64,000 nucleotides of DNA. Source: Phoronis australis (lineage: Eukaryota > Animalia > Phoronida). A program made the translations under genes and the position numbers. Below the pieces are notes generated by a model. The model had not been told where the DNA came from. It worked only from the letters and a program-made list of their open reading frames with translations, and searched no databases. Position 1 is the stretch's first letter, and each line of letters begins with the position of its first letter. Shown here piece by piece: positions 51,501 through 64,000 of the stretch. The stretch spans positions 1,079,743 through 1,143,742 of the forward strand of contig NMRA01000066.1 of the NCBI GenBank assembly GCA_002633005.1, read 5' to 3'.

Positions 51501-52539
51501 TTTGTTTATGTGCGTATATAGATATAGAACTTACTGCCAATTAGAATAATACATGACTGCGTCCACGCCACTTCATTCCACTAATTGGATCGTCAGATGA
51601 CAGGAAGACATATCACAGGTAGACTAATTAAGCAACTTGAAAAACACAAATAGGTGAGCTTATTTCTGTCTGGCGTTTGTCTATTGTGTACAGTTTGAAT
51701 GAACTGAATTCGATTATAGGTCTGTAAATTAAAGTGGCGTATTATTTTTTTCTCAGAAAAAACAAAATTCGTGTTAGTTGAATTTTCCGGAAGGAGCTAA
51801 ATACTTCGTTGCTAACCCACGTTTTCAAAAACTCTTCAAAAATACCTATGTTGACCTTTTCAGAGTTTTAAAGCTTGAGTGGTTTGTTTTAATGTTGTTA
51901 CGAGCCATAACAATTAAAGAGTTTCTGTAATACACAAAACGGCAGAAATATTCTCATTTTCATAGCAAAAGTTCATTTTAACCTAAGTTTTCAAAAAAAA
52001 ACTATACTTCATGAGATTTGAAAAAATTGTCGGATTTCCCAGTCAAACTAGATATAAATCCATCGTGTTATCTTAAAACTGAAACGTGTCCGACGAAGCA
52101 AGATGGAGTTTTCTATCAGTTGTGACTACATGTAATACTGTTTGAGCAGCCAAGGTGTGCGCTTGCTATGGAAAAATTTGCAGTATTACCTCGTATGGAA
52201 TCTAATTTCATTGTATTTAAATTTACTTCATCTCATGTCCCGCTCGTAGAATTAGCCAAATTTAAGTCAAATTTATGGAAATAAACATGGAGAATTTTCA
52301 CGTTTATAAAATACAGTCGTTATAACAAAATACATGTTAAACAATTGTATCCTCAAATTGGTCATATGTGGATTCATTAGCTTCCTGTGACCTGAGGCTC
52401 CAATCTCTCATGTGCCAGTGCGGCTCCATTGTTAGAGCTGGCGGCGGTTGACTCGCGGTCTCATGTAGTCACAGTGTAAACAACTCGGCTCTAACATACT
52501 GTACAAAGCTTTAAACCTTGAATTTTCAAAGTTGCTAGT

Positions 52540-52728
52540 ACTTCATTTCTTCACAACCCCCGTCTACCCCTCTGTCCCTCACTCCGTCCTCTATCTTTCC
52601 CTCCTCTCCCTTCCCCTCCTTCTCCCACACGCCCCCTCTCTTTCCTCTTCTCCATACCCCTCTCCCGTCTTTCTCCCTCTCCCTCCCCCTCTCTCGCTTC
52701 CCCCCTTTCCCGCGCCCCCTCTCTCTCT
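52540..52728. repeat. Polypyrimidine/polypurine low-complexity tract
   Basis: Almost entirely C/T on the + strand. Confidence 0.85.
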
Positions 52729-54674
52729 GCAGTTTCTGTGTGGAGTCTTTCTGGCATTTCAGTATGGAGTCAATGAGACTGAAATCCATGTACGTGTATA
52801 CACATTTTTTTCGTAATTCTTCACCTTATTCCAGAAGCTTGACATTTCTGTGTAGGGCTCATTAACATTATAATTGATTATTGAAGCGTACCGCAACTGT
52901 GCTGTATCAGGTCATTGGCCCGCGATTCTCATGCAATAACAAGAATATCATTCATGTTCCACATGTGTTCCGTTTGTTGAAGTGCTTCATTTAAGTTGTG
53001 TAATATTCAAATGTAGCGTCATTACCTTCATAGCTACTAAAAAGTACTACACAGTGTTCCATGGATATCACAGGAGTCTCATATGGAAACAAAATTGCGA
53101 CAACTTGCATAAATTCTGTATTCCAAAATGTTCAAAGGTTACATCATTTGTGCTGCGTATCACTACACGTGTACCACTACAGAAAGGGCAAAAACGTGGC
53201 AAATACGTAAAAACATATTAGATGCCAATACCATATTTCAAAATTTTCAGCTGAGGTCGATGTTTTGGTCTGTTGAGGGCTTACTCAGAAAACAAGCAGC
53301 GTGTGGTTTTGTTACATGTATAAACAACAAATCTGAAATCAACAACTCTAAAAATAATACACCAGATCAAGATCACACAAAAATCATTAATTCAACAGTA
53401 AGTCACATTAACTCTTTTAGTGCATTCGACTCCGCGAATTGATTTTTGTTGCAACTGACAAATAGTAAACGTATCTGTGTGTTTGCTAAACGTGCGTTCT
53501 ACAAATGGGTACATCGACAGGTGACTGAAGTGTATCAATGGATTGCATTTAATCTAAAACATGCCCTTTCCGCTGTCTAATGTGATCTTTTGTACAGTGA
53601 TCAATTTTCGATGTAGTAAAAGGTTAGCCCCTGAGGAAGGCATGAAACACCCGCTTCTTTGTGTACCGTAATAAATACGTCGTACTTTCTAACTACAACG
53701 AATGTTTTTAAATTGATTGCCACATTGAAATAGTTTTGCGTACATACGAAATATGTCAAACGAAGTTGTTTGAACACCATGGCAGTTTTGTCTGTTTGAC
53801 TAATTTTATACAAACTCGCTCAAATTCGTGGGGTATGATCAGTATCGAAATACGTCCCCACTACTGTATTATAGTGTTGTCGCACGTAGTTGTAACACTA
53901 TATAGTCTATTTGCCGGCACAATAGCCCCATGACGAACCCTGCAATGGGCACTACTGCAACTTTTTTTTGAAATATCTGAAATATAATGAGGAGAACAAA
54001 ATGATCTTGGTTGCTCTTTGGTGTAACCTCGAGCATTTTTTTTGCAATCCAAGATGGCGGATGTCGCCATTTTGAATTTCGGCCATGATTTCCTGTAATA
54101 CGAAGTCCATTTCTAATATTATTTTATTAATTCAAGAGACTATAGTGTGCCAAAAATATTTTCCCATAAGTTTCAAGGGTTGTATTGGCACAAGGCATCT
54201 GGCGTAGAACTGTTCACTAACAGTTCAGCGTTAGCTGAATGTCTCCAGTATAACCAACGGAAAGCTTGCGCCATTTCTCTGTGGACATACAGTGTCATCA
54301 CAACCGTGTTGCTACTCAATTTATGCTGAATTGAGGCCAAGACTGATGAAGAACTCATGGTTTACCTGGAGGTGGTTAAGAATCACCCGACCGGGAGGTA
54401 TGAGTAGGTTGCCTTTTTAAGTCAACGCTGCTGTCTCTCATGTTTCTGTCTTCTTCCTTCAACGGCCCTGTCCCAAGGACATATTGGCGTATTTCTTCGC
54501 AGCCTATAGCCACAACTGTGCTCGGTACATGCGCTGGTGTAACAATTTTCAAAATAATGCCAACAACGTTAAAAGTGTTTTCGATTAAAATTCTGTAACG
54601 CCTCGCCAGGTGTCGCTCCGTTGAAGTTGCCGTAATCTTGGCAATTAACTGCGTAAATCCATTCATAAATAAAC

Positions 54675-54835
54675 CAGTTGCGGATTTAGAGGGGGCCAAG
54701 GGGGCCATGGCTCCCTAACATTCTGCATTCTCCATTTGGCAGGTCGGGGGTGCGAATGTCTGACGGGCAAAATCCTGGCTAATACATGTACTATGCTTTG
54801 GCCCCCCCTAACTCAAAATCCTGGATCCTCCCCTG
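54675..54835. mobile_element. MITE family B, copy 2
   Basis: TIR cagttgcggat / atcctcccctg. TSD TAAAC at 54670-54674 and 54836-54840. Confidence 0.9.
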
Positions 54836-54969
54836 TAAACAATTAGCCGCTTGACGCATTAAATCCAATTTATACTCTAACAAAAGCTCTACAAAAACGT
54901 TATTTTATTGCCTATGCAAATTCGTCTAAAGTGCCAAATAATTCTGACAATAAGTTTTATGACAAGTTT

Positions 54970-56410
54970 TGCAGAATCTGGCAGTGTTCCATCGAGTATA
55001 TTTTGAAATTTACTGCGTATTGGCACTCACCCTAGAATGCCAAGAAATATCTATTCAAACTTGCGGACGTCGATCGACACTTGGATGGCAATACCGCAAT
55101 ACCAGCAGGCCACTTCGAAGAAGAGACATCTATCAAACGGATAAAAGGATCAGGGAACTGTATAAAGGGTATTTTAACAATAGCTAATCTAGCGGCCGTG
55201 TGAATGAAGTGTTTGAGTGGGTGTGCCCAGCTTGACACAGCCGTAAAGAACATTTAGAATGAAGGTTGCGAAGAGTAAAAGTCATGTAGTGAAGTAGACA
55301 GGCAAAAGACTACGAACAAGAAGGAAGGGGAGAAAAAAGGGAAAGTGGACGAGGACGCCTGGAAAAAAAACAGCGGAAGAACCGGAGAGGCACAGGCATC
55401 TTATTACTGACTAGCAAACATGTCTTCATAAAGTCTGCAATGGCCAAGTAGCTACACTGTACATGTACAGACATCGTGATTGTTCAGAACGAATTGGATG
55501 TTGGGAAAGAACAAAGCAGTCATCTTTTAGTTTTGCAATGAGTGTTACGAAGCAGTTAAGCAACAGTCAAAAGAATGGAGTTACTAAAAGAAGTCTCTCC
55601 CTGTCAAGGAAAGGCCATCTTTGGCGTTGAGACACGGTTGAGTTGCCTGTTAGTCGTAGGGCAGCAACGTGATAATGACATAGCTGATGCCTTTTATTAT
55701 GAGCTGGGACCCTGATCGACGAATACAGCAGCCTGAGAAAGGATGACAGAGTCATTTTGGTCAAATCTGTCTGTGTTCTTGTAACGAATCATTCTGCTCC
55801 AGACGTGATGTTGATTGATAACAGCATAGCCAGGTTCTGTACCGGGTCATCTGAACTATCCCTGGAACTACAGCTGGTTAAGCTGCAAGCTTGTGTACGT
55901 GACTGGAACCCTATCCTCCCATATAAGCCTACATTGTACTTACTCCAAACACTCATTCTTTGTCAAAAAGTTTTCTCAACAACTTAAAAAACAAAGCTCT
56001 GTTCAACAGCTTTTTATCTGTAGCTCTCTCCTTCCAATCAATATCGAGCTGGCGAAGAACAACTACTGTGTAGTTACTCATGCTGAAGCAGATGTCACAC
56101 GCTGAAAGCAGTAGAAGGCGCCCACATCACCAGAACAGCTCTTTGACAACGCTGACGTCTCCGTGCTCTTATTTCATGGGACATCACAGATGCCAGTTGA
56201 CGCCAAGATTTAAATGGAGGAATGAAACGGTAGTATTCGAAAACAACGGTACAGTTCAGAGACTAGGCTCCAAGTATAGCCACTTCTCGAAATTCATACA
56301 ATGTCAGGTTGAATGCTACACAGTGTTATATCCCTTAGAAAAGGAAAAGATGGCGGCCCTCCTATTCGGACTATCCAGAACTCGACCAGGTATTGGGAAT
56401 GTCTTGTGCT
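54970..56410 (+). pseudogene. Decayed transposon ORF, AcademX-like transposase/XPG(FEN1-like) nuclease fragment
   Basis: Across frameshifts and stops the + strand reads, in order: HFEEETSIKRIKGSGNCIKGI (55111); KKEGEKKGKVDEDAWKK; CLLVVGQQRDNDIADAFYYELGP / LIDEYSSLRKDDRVILVKSV..PDVMLIDN; VTHAEADVT; LFDNADVSVLL; VFENNGTVQRLGSK..ECYTVLYPLEKEKMAAL. These match the recalled YEL..LRK..ID, HEEAD, SDDTDVFVLL and GCDTVSYP.GKGK motifs of XPG-domain transposon proteins. Confidence 0.7.
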
Positions 56411-57492
56411 TGTAATTTTAGTATCCGGCGAAAACACATGATGATGATTTTCTATGCATTGAAGCGGATACCAAGTGCTTATTCTAATGCCTATTTCAGT
56501 AATATAATCAATGGTCATGATGTCATTAATCGTCATTAGAGACATCCATTAGACACAGAATCAGACACAGACCCGAACTCCTTCTGCCTTTCATCTTTTC
56601 TAGGAAACAATCCAATCCAATTAATTCAAACTAGACTGCTGCTGGATTCTATCACAAGCAAATGCATTTTGACCTGCTTCAGTTAATTTAGATTATTTTA
56701 TGATGAAAAGAAATGTGACTTCAAACAGCATTAAAACTTACAAGGGATTACACCAACTTGCATAGAACGCGAAAAACAGAAGAAAGGTTAAAAAGATTTG
56801 GTACGTAACTCTAAAGACAATAAAAAATTAGAACGAATTACAATACCCAGCTTAAAGGAGTTAACAACACTGTTTTCCATGTTACATTTAGTAAAAATTT
56901 AGATCCCTGTTTTAAGCCAGGCTGTTTACGTCACTTTCTATTGGTCCACGGATAGTAAAAACACGTCAAGAGAACAGTCTCTCCAAGATGACCAGGGGCT
57001 TGTACTTTTATTAAAGGTAATGTCTCGAACAGTTGCAATCCCCTTTGTCAGAATAAATATTGCTTGTGTAACTAGCACAGATAGATCCATTATAAGTTTC
57101 CCAAAATTTGTGCATATGTACTTTTAAATCATGGGATTAAACTTGTTGACATGTATTTTAACGTCAAAATCTATTTTGAGATGGTGCTTACAATTTGGTT
57201 CTGGGGTCAAAGCACTCCAGATATTCTAGAAAGTTCTGAAAGCAAATCGTAACATCCAATAATATGATTAAATAAGATCATGTGGTTTTTATTAGCCAAT
57301 TGCTAAATAAGCAGAGTATTATAATTTGGGCTGAAATTAACAGCTACATGTATAGTAATAGAAGTTAAAAGACTTGCTACAGTGTACAGAGGAAATTTTA
57401 CAACAGAGCCATCTCGTGGAAGATTTTAAAGATGATCTTGGCAAGGACAAGAGATAATGAACAGGAAGTTAAGTAAGAGCTCGTCACTTGCA

Positions 57493-57614
57493 TCGTGGGT
57501 AGTAAGATACTGCCTATGCGTGTTACGTCACCAGAGACCGTGACCAGCAAGAAGATTCGTGGGTAGAAGACACTGCCTGCAAGTGTTGCGTCAGCAGAGA
57601 CTGTGACCAGCAAG
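57493..57614. repeat. Two-copy tandem duplication, period 64 bp
   Basis: tcgtgggtag.aaga.actgcct...gtgtt.cgtca.cagagac.gtgaccagcaag at 57493 and 57557. Confidence 0.85.
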
Positions 57615-60059
57615 TACACTGTCGCAATACAGTGAGTGTAGTTCGAAGTTTCAACAACGGTACTGTCATCTAACAAGTGAAGAGTCCTACAGCTTGGATA
57701 GGAGATAAGACATTTGATTATTTTGGTTGAGTGATTGAAGTAATCCTTACAGAGGGCGCTAGCGTAGTTTCTCCTCACAGTGATTACTTGAAAAACATGT
57801 TTCAGTTCTTTAATTAGTGGTTCTCAAATAATAAATCGATTACTAGATTTAATCATCCTCTCTACAGTCTACATACAATCTCAAAGCAAAGGTACTTCTT
57901 AAACAAGCCTACGGTCAATTTCTGACACCCTCTGACTAGAAATCACTGGTACTCTGTTGGGTGCTCCAATGCCCCTGTAGTATCTTATTTAAGAGGACAC
58001 AACCTTGTTTTGGTCTATTCACAGATATTAAAAACGACTTGCCCATCCTGTTCCCTGAAGCATGATCATGCCCTGTAATCCTCGACAACACTCAAAAGTT
58101 TGGAAGAAAATTTGAAAACTCTTTTCAAAGTCTGCTAAGCGGGCAAACGTAACCTAGGCTTTCAGCGATTGTGGTACAAGACCACCCACCAAGGAAAATA
58201 ATGACCAATCTGTGGCATGGGGAGCATGAGTTTTTAGTTGATTTCTTACTTAAACTCGGAAGATTGACGCAAATGATGCTTTAGCAGGTGACAGAGCGAG
58301 AATTAGTTGAAATCATCAAAACAGGGTTAAATGCTCTTTTAAAGTTGCTATGAGCATGTCAGGGCCTTCCGTCAAAACCAACTTTTAATTTAGACCGTTA
58401 TACATTGTTCTCAAATCATTTTATTCTCATTCAAAACTGCTTTTTGGGTGGTTCGGTAATTGTTTGCGAAAAAGCTGGAATAAACTGGCTTGACATGGCG
58501 GTTTCTTTCACAGACCACCATTTCAAGCGATTACAAGCTGCCATGACCTCTCAAGACCATAAATGATTTCTTGTCTGAGTAAGGAGTGCAGACCAGAGGT
58601 TAGTAGTCTGAATGGAAAACTGGTTAAAGGCAGGATCCAACTGGCCTCAAAAATACCCTTTTCGTCCCACAAGACGAAAGAAAAATTCCACTATTCACTT
58701 CACACTGAGGTAGTTACTTGATCGTTGACACTCTACCCGCACTGGACTGAATAAGATTTATTGTGCGACATTCACTTCACTCACTCATATCTCACGAGAT
58801 TTGTTATATCAACTCGAAATGATTCCCAATACCTTGAAACTTAACTGGACGTAGTCTGATCCCGCAAAAACCAGAAATGACGGAGTAGTGTACATATCTT
58901 ATTTGGTTTATGAATTAATAATATTAATCGAATGATTAGCAGAATTTGCATTAAGAAAAACTAATCAATGCCACTAAAGTCCTTCTACGGATCCATCCGG
59001 GAGTGCCACGTCCGTCAATTCAACGTTTCAGTCTCTTTGTTTTGCCCGCTCTTAGCAGCACGTAAACAGAGTGTCTTGGCTGAGAAGACACTTAAGGGCT
59101 AAAATAGATGGGTCGATTAATAAGTGCAAACACGACTGACGTGATAAAGTCAGAAGAACAAGAAGTTCTCTTTGTCAGCCGGAAAAACACTCTTTTTGAT
59201 TCTTACTTTGTAAGTATTCCGAATTACCATCATTATAATTACAGTCATTTTCGTCATCGCCGTTTCAGCTTCTTGTCCCTGTCATAATTTAAAGTTGACC
59301 ACATGAAAACTTACGGTCGAACTACTCACACTTGTCATCAATAGTAAAATATAGCTCAGTTCAATCAATTCAATTGAAAGACATGTCCATATGAACAAGT
59401 CGTTACAAGTAACATTTCCCACGTGGTCTTTACAAGCGCATATTAATAATGTATGCTGCAGTTCTAATAGAAATTTCGACGCAAAACATTTTCTTGTAGG
59501 TATATCATAGTGTGCTATTGTTATAACAAAATCGATAAATATGACCACGAGATCAACAGCACAACACAATATTTCGTTTACAGAAGTCAGTATTCATTTT
59601 CTTAACCAAAATTTTATTTTAAATACAACGTGCCAGATTAATTTAATCATTATTTTAAAAAAGGATTTAACCTTCTCCTCATGTCTTCAAAAACAATCGT
59701 TTTGGAACAGTAAGGTATTAAAAAGACATTCTTTGATAGAACTCGCAAGGATGCAATGATACTCACTACTGCCAATGGACGTCGCCGACGTCAGCATTCA
59801 TTCTTCAGTTGAATTGGGACCGATGTCTGTCGACCAGAATTGCCCAATATACTGTGTGACTAGGCTGCATTCTACAAAGCTAGACTGCAGAAGACACGAC
59901 CCACTTCCTTTCGTGAGAAATTTTCGTTACATCTTCATTTTTATATTTCTATGGATTTGCATCTTCAACATCTCGTATTTTTGAGGTCAACATGTGGCCG
60001 CGTATTTGGAAGTGTCGGTTTAATCTGGTAAAATGGCATCAAGTCATTTTTATCCTTCT

Positions 60060-60650
60060 CCAGCCATCGCCATTTTCATCGTCATCATTGTCATAATTAC
60101 CATCATCATCACCATCATCATCATCATCATCATCAACATCAGCATCATCATCACCACCACCATCATCATCTTCATCATCACCACCATCATCACCACCACC
60201 ATCATCATCAGCATCATCANCATCATCATCATCATCATCATCTGCATCATCACCATCATCAGCATCATCATCATCATCATCGTCATATCCTGAATTCTAT
60301 CCTTCATTGTCATCATCATCACCGTCATCACCTTCATCGTCATCGTCATCACCACGATCATGACCATGATCATCATGATCATCATGATCATGATCATCAT
60401 CATCATCACCATTATCATCGTCATCTCCTGAATTGTATCCTTCATTGTCATCATCATCACCGTCATCACCTTCATCGTCATCGTGATAATCGTCAACAAC
60501 TTCTTTTTCCTCGACATTATTATCATTATCATATTTATCACCGTTACGATTATCGTTGTTATTATTGTCATTTTCGTCGTAGTCATTGTCATCAGCATCT
60601 CCATCTTCGTTTTTACGATCATTGTTTTTGGTCTTGCAACCGTAATCACC
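60060..60650. repeat. Degenerate (CAT/GAT)n trinucleotide tract with 138-bp-period internal duplication
   Basis: Directly visible. tcctgaatt(c/g)tatccttcattgtcatcatcatcaccgtcatcaccttcatcgtcatcgt occurs at 60288 and 60426. Confidence 0.9.
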
Positions 60651-61409
60651 TACCTCTGTATCAGGTCAGCGAAAATTACTAATTATGAAATACAACCATT
60701 GTTCCTCCAGGGTAGGCAATAAAACATCGACTAATGCATGTTTGACGTACGCTGTCGACAACCTTGTCATTGATTGTGTCACTTACTTCAAAATTGCCAC
60801 AATTTTCATTTCGCTTTAAAATATTAGATTGTTTTCTCCCCGTGTCTCTTTATTTTAAATTTGATATTTTGTACATTCGAGTTTAATCGTCTAACAAAAT
60901 TGACGAGACAACGTGCACAAAATTACTATTTTTATATTTTCAAGCTGCGATATATTCAAATAATGACAAGTGTATGTTTAATGGGGAAATTTCTTAAAAG
61001 TGAATATATTTATATCATAGTGGACATTGAATTTTAAAATAAATTCTTGTGCCGTGAAGTATAAACTCACCAGATTGTTGGAGGAACGCATTTCATTTTG
61101 ACCGTTAAAGATTGTCCAGAATATTTATGGATATGATCGCGTCTTCCAAACGTCAAATTTGCAGCGTGAATGCTAAAATCATTTGCGTTGCCCTTTTTAT
61201 AGCAAAGCATACATTGTCTCGTAGAAATATCTTTTGCTGTTTGTCTTAGTACGAAGGTGGTGGTATGCTGGTTCGTTTAATCTATCGTGATTATTGATCA
61301 TGCAGCTTAAACGTTATGTAATTTTTACTCTTTGAAAGGATTAGAGTTTCGGATAGGAACATGCAATACGGCGCTCTTACAGAAAAGGAGGTGAAAACGG
61401 ATTAGGCAC

Positions 61410-61591
61410 AAACACACACACATACATACATACAAGCATGCATACGTACATACATACGTACATACATGTACATACATACAAACATACATACATACATACA
61501 TACATACAAACATACATACATACATACATACATACAAACATACATACATACAAACATTCATACATACATACATACATACATACATACATAC

Positions 61592-61662
<71 letters not shown>
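61410..61662. repeat. Compound microsatellite (ACAT)n + (AT)n
   Basis: Directly visible. Confidence 0.95.
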
Positions 61663-61663
<1 letters not shown>

Positions 61664-61718
61664 GAAGGCTATGAACAAAACTGATCTTATATAATAAATA
61701 ACTAATTAAAATCTTTAT

Positions 61719-63233
61719 AGGAGAATGCCATCCGATTTAAATAGTCTTTTTTACCGTCTTAATTGGTCTATATCCACATTACCTTGTATACCGTAGATCT
61801 TACCTCACCGAGAGGTGTCGCATTAACCTGTGAGGAAGGTGAGAAACGATCGACGCAGCGACGTCAGCGGTTCTTCTGCAGAGTGAGTGCCGCTATGGTG
61901 TGGTGTATCGTTCCCGCTTGTGCGAACAATGAAGCTGCGAGGAATACGGCCTCCTGTTCAGTAACGCTAGGAGCTCACTAAAAAGCAAGACTTCGCGAAA
62001 TTACATGATATATTGCCGTGTATTTTAAATGAGTTCACGTGACTGACTAGATTTTAGCTAGGTCCTAGAGTTTGTCCTAGTGCTACAGAACGCACGCCGG
62101 GTATTAATATCGTTTCTTTCATTTTCTCGAGAGCCCATGATGCTTCGGAAGTGGTTCGCGGTAGTGACAAATGAAAATTACGCCGTTAATACCAAGTATG
62201 AAGCCGTAAAACTTAACCGTGTCTGTCAGAGTGGCCTGTATTTCGTCGAATCCGTTGTTGGTCAGTTTCTGTTTATGGAAAATTGTAGTTGGCCATGAAA
62301 ACAGGAACAATTACAATGAATTCAAGGCGTGAGAACATAACGTTTTATATAACCTTTTTGATGACTGACTCGCCCCTGTGAGCGCATGCTAATTCAGTGT
62401 TTGCTGACAAAAAGCTGTTGTGAAACAATAACTCCATTATATATCCTATGGTCAGATGTTAGGGGAATCTTTATTTAGATATTCATATACATTATTCAAA
62501 TCATTATTACTGCACAACTTTTGCCCTGACGGTTCTAAGGAAGGATAACCCGACTTCACGGCCCCCGACGAGCTAGTAAGTAGATTTGCTGTTTCGCAGG
62601 TAATTCATCTAAACAATCAGCGTGCACTTTTTTCTTTGGTTCACTAGTATAGTCTTTTCGAGACTGGAAGTTTACATTCGTACCTTGGCTGGTTTATGTT
62701 CGTCAGTGATGTCTTCAGTCCGGCCGCAATGGGCCAGAGTGTTCCGAGCCACTGACCGGGATAACAAGCGTTTTGTGTGTTTTGAACTGAAAAATCGCAA
62801 GTCTTAAATTACAGCACACAGCTATGTTCTGCTGTCTGTATTTCACGGACGAATAACTTGAATTTATCACCGAATAGACCCCGCGACCGACCTTGGTAAA
62901 TTGGCCCACCGAACTTTGTAGGCTACGGTACGTTCAAATACCTAAAAATCCGTAACAGCGAAATAAAATAACACGTTTGTTCAATAACTCGATGTATTTG
63001 TAAGGGTTTTACATCGAATTGTGATGATTTATTGGCGTAAAACGATGAATTCAAGCGATAAGCTGACACCAGCTGAACTGCTGAACAGACTGCATTCGAA
63101 CCTCTGACGTCATTGGTTAATTTCAACACCTCCGTCTCCCGTAAGGTGTCAGGTAAAAGAGCTGTACTTGCTGTTATCGAGTGAAACTACTCGATCTAAA
63201 TTGATACATAGGTTTTTTGGGTGGCATTCTCCT
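61719..63233 (+). mobile_element. Kolobok-type non-autonomous element with both ends and a disrupted THAP-like ORF
   Basis: TIR aggagaatgccatcc / gggtggcattctcct. Flanks TTAT (61715-18) and TTAA (63234-37). THAP-like coding MVWCIVPACAN (ATG 61895) ... ISFLSFSRE..RKWF..RVC is split by a nested MITE. TTAA target, AGG..CCT termini and THAP are Kolobok hallmarks. Confidence 0.85.
61945..62103. mobile_element. Small MITE nested in the THAP-like ORF
   Basis: Absent from the homologous position of the 3436 copy. Degenerate TIR tacggcctcctgttcagtaacgctagga / tcctagtgctacagaacgcacgccgggta with TA at both ends. Confidence 0.7.
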
Positions 63234-63297
63234 TTAAGGATATCAGAGGTAACAACTACTAGACTTTATAGGAAGGTATGCGCCGAACGATCCTTAA

Positions 63298-64000
63298 AGG
63301 AGAATGCCACCCAAAAACAACCTATTTTGTATCAATTTAGATCGAGTAGTTCTACTCGATAACGGCACGTTCGATTGCGTTACATGACATCTGACGGCAG
63401 ACGGAGGTGTTGAAATTATCCAATGACGTAATTGGTTTCATACGCAGTCTGTTCAGTAGTTCACAACACGGATTAGTGGTGTCAGCTCATCGCTTGAATT
63501 CATCGTTCAACACCAATAAATCATCAAACTTCGATGTAAAACCCTTAAAAATACACCGAGTTCCAATAAAAACGTGTTTTATTTCGCTATTACGGATTTA
63601 CTGGTATTTTGACACACCGTAGCCTACAAAGTTCGGCAGGCCAATTTACCAAGGTCCGTAGCATGAGTTTGGGGTCTGTTCGGAGATAAATTAGAAGTAT
63701 TCTTCCGTGAAATACAGACAGGAGAACCTAGATCTGTGTTGTTTATACTTGTCATTTTTGAGTTCTAAACACACAAAACGCTAATGTTCTCCCGGCCAGT
63801 GGCTCGGAACCCAATCACTAGGCCCGGCGTCGCGGCCGGACTGACTCTTTACCCCGGCCAGTGGTTCGGAACCCGATCAAAGCCCGTCGAGGCCGCCGGG
63901 ACTGGCACGAACATAAACTAGCATCAGTTAGAAACTAAACCTCCAGTCACGAAAACACTATAATAGTGAGCCAAAGAAATAATGTGCACGTAATTATGTG
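63298..64000 (-). mobile_element. Second Kolobok-type copy in inverted orientation (right end; runs off window)
   Basis: TTAA (63294-97) then aggagaatgccacccaaaaacaacctat. The sequence is the diverged reverse complement of about 62610-63233. Confidence 0.85.

Noticed and set aside
52532-52816. Pro/Leu- and Gly/Glu/Arg-rich ORFs
   Set aside because: Low-complexity C/T tract.
54367-54468. Minus-strand exon candidate with AG/GT boundaries
   Set aside because: All three frames hit stops and no partner exons were found.
60050-60649. 199-aa Met-rich ORF and overlapping Ile-rich ORFs
   Set aside because: Artefacts of the (CAT/ATG)n microsatellite.
61325-61684. YVCM/HTYI repeat ORFs (also 51287-51544)
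   Set aside because: Tetra- and dinucleotide microsatellite translations.

Overview
AT-rich metazoan genomic DNA (spliceosomal GT-AG introns, invertebrate-type DNA-transposon landscape; species cannot be fixed from sequence). One intact multi-exon gene can be reconstructed on the + strand (CDS 15688-15821, 20604-20787, 23851-25004, 26387-26490, 27622-27806; all four introns GT-AG and phase-matched; about 586 aa, or 591 aa from ATG 15673). It encodes an Egalitarian-like protein with three Egl-type winged-helix-like repeats and the Egl C-terminal dynein-light-chain (QT) tail, but it has a cold-shock/OB-like domain and no trace of the 3'-5' exonuclease-like domain that defines Egalitarian. The rest is intronic, UTR or intergenic sequence with many non-autonomous DNA transposons: THAP-bearing Kolobok-type elements, CAG/TAG-ended MITEs with 5-, 6- and 7-bp TSDs, a TA-flanked Tc1/mariner-type MITE, a Helentron-associated element and a long-TIR foldback family. 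There is also a decayed AcademX-like transposase/XPG ORF, microsatellites and one assembly gap (2077-2439). Family assignments come from recalled motifs and terminal signatures, not from database searches.
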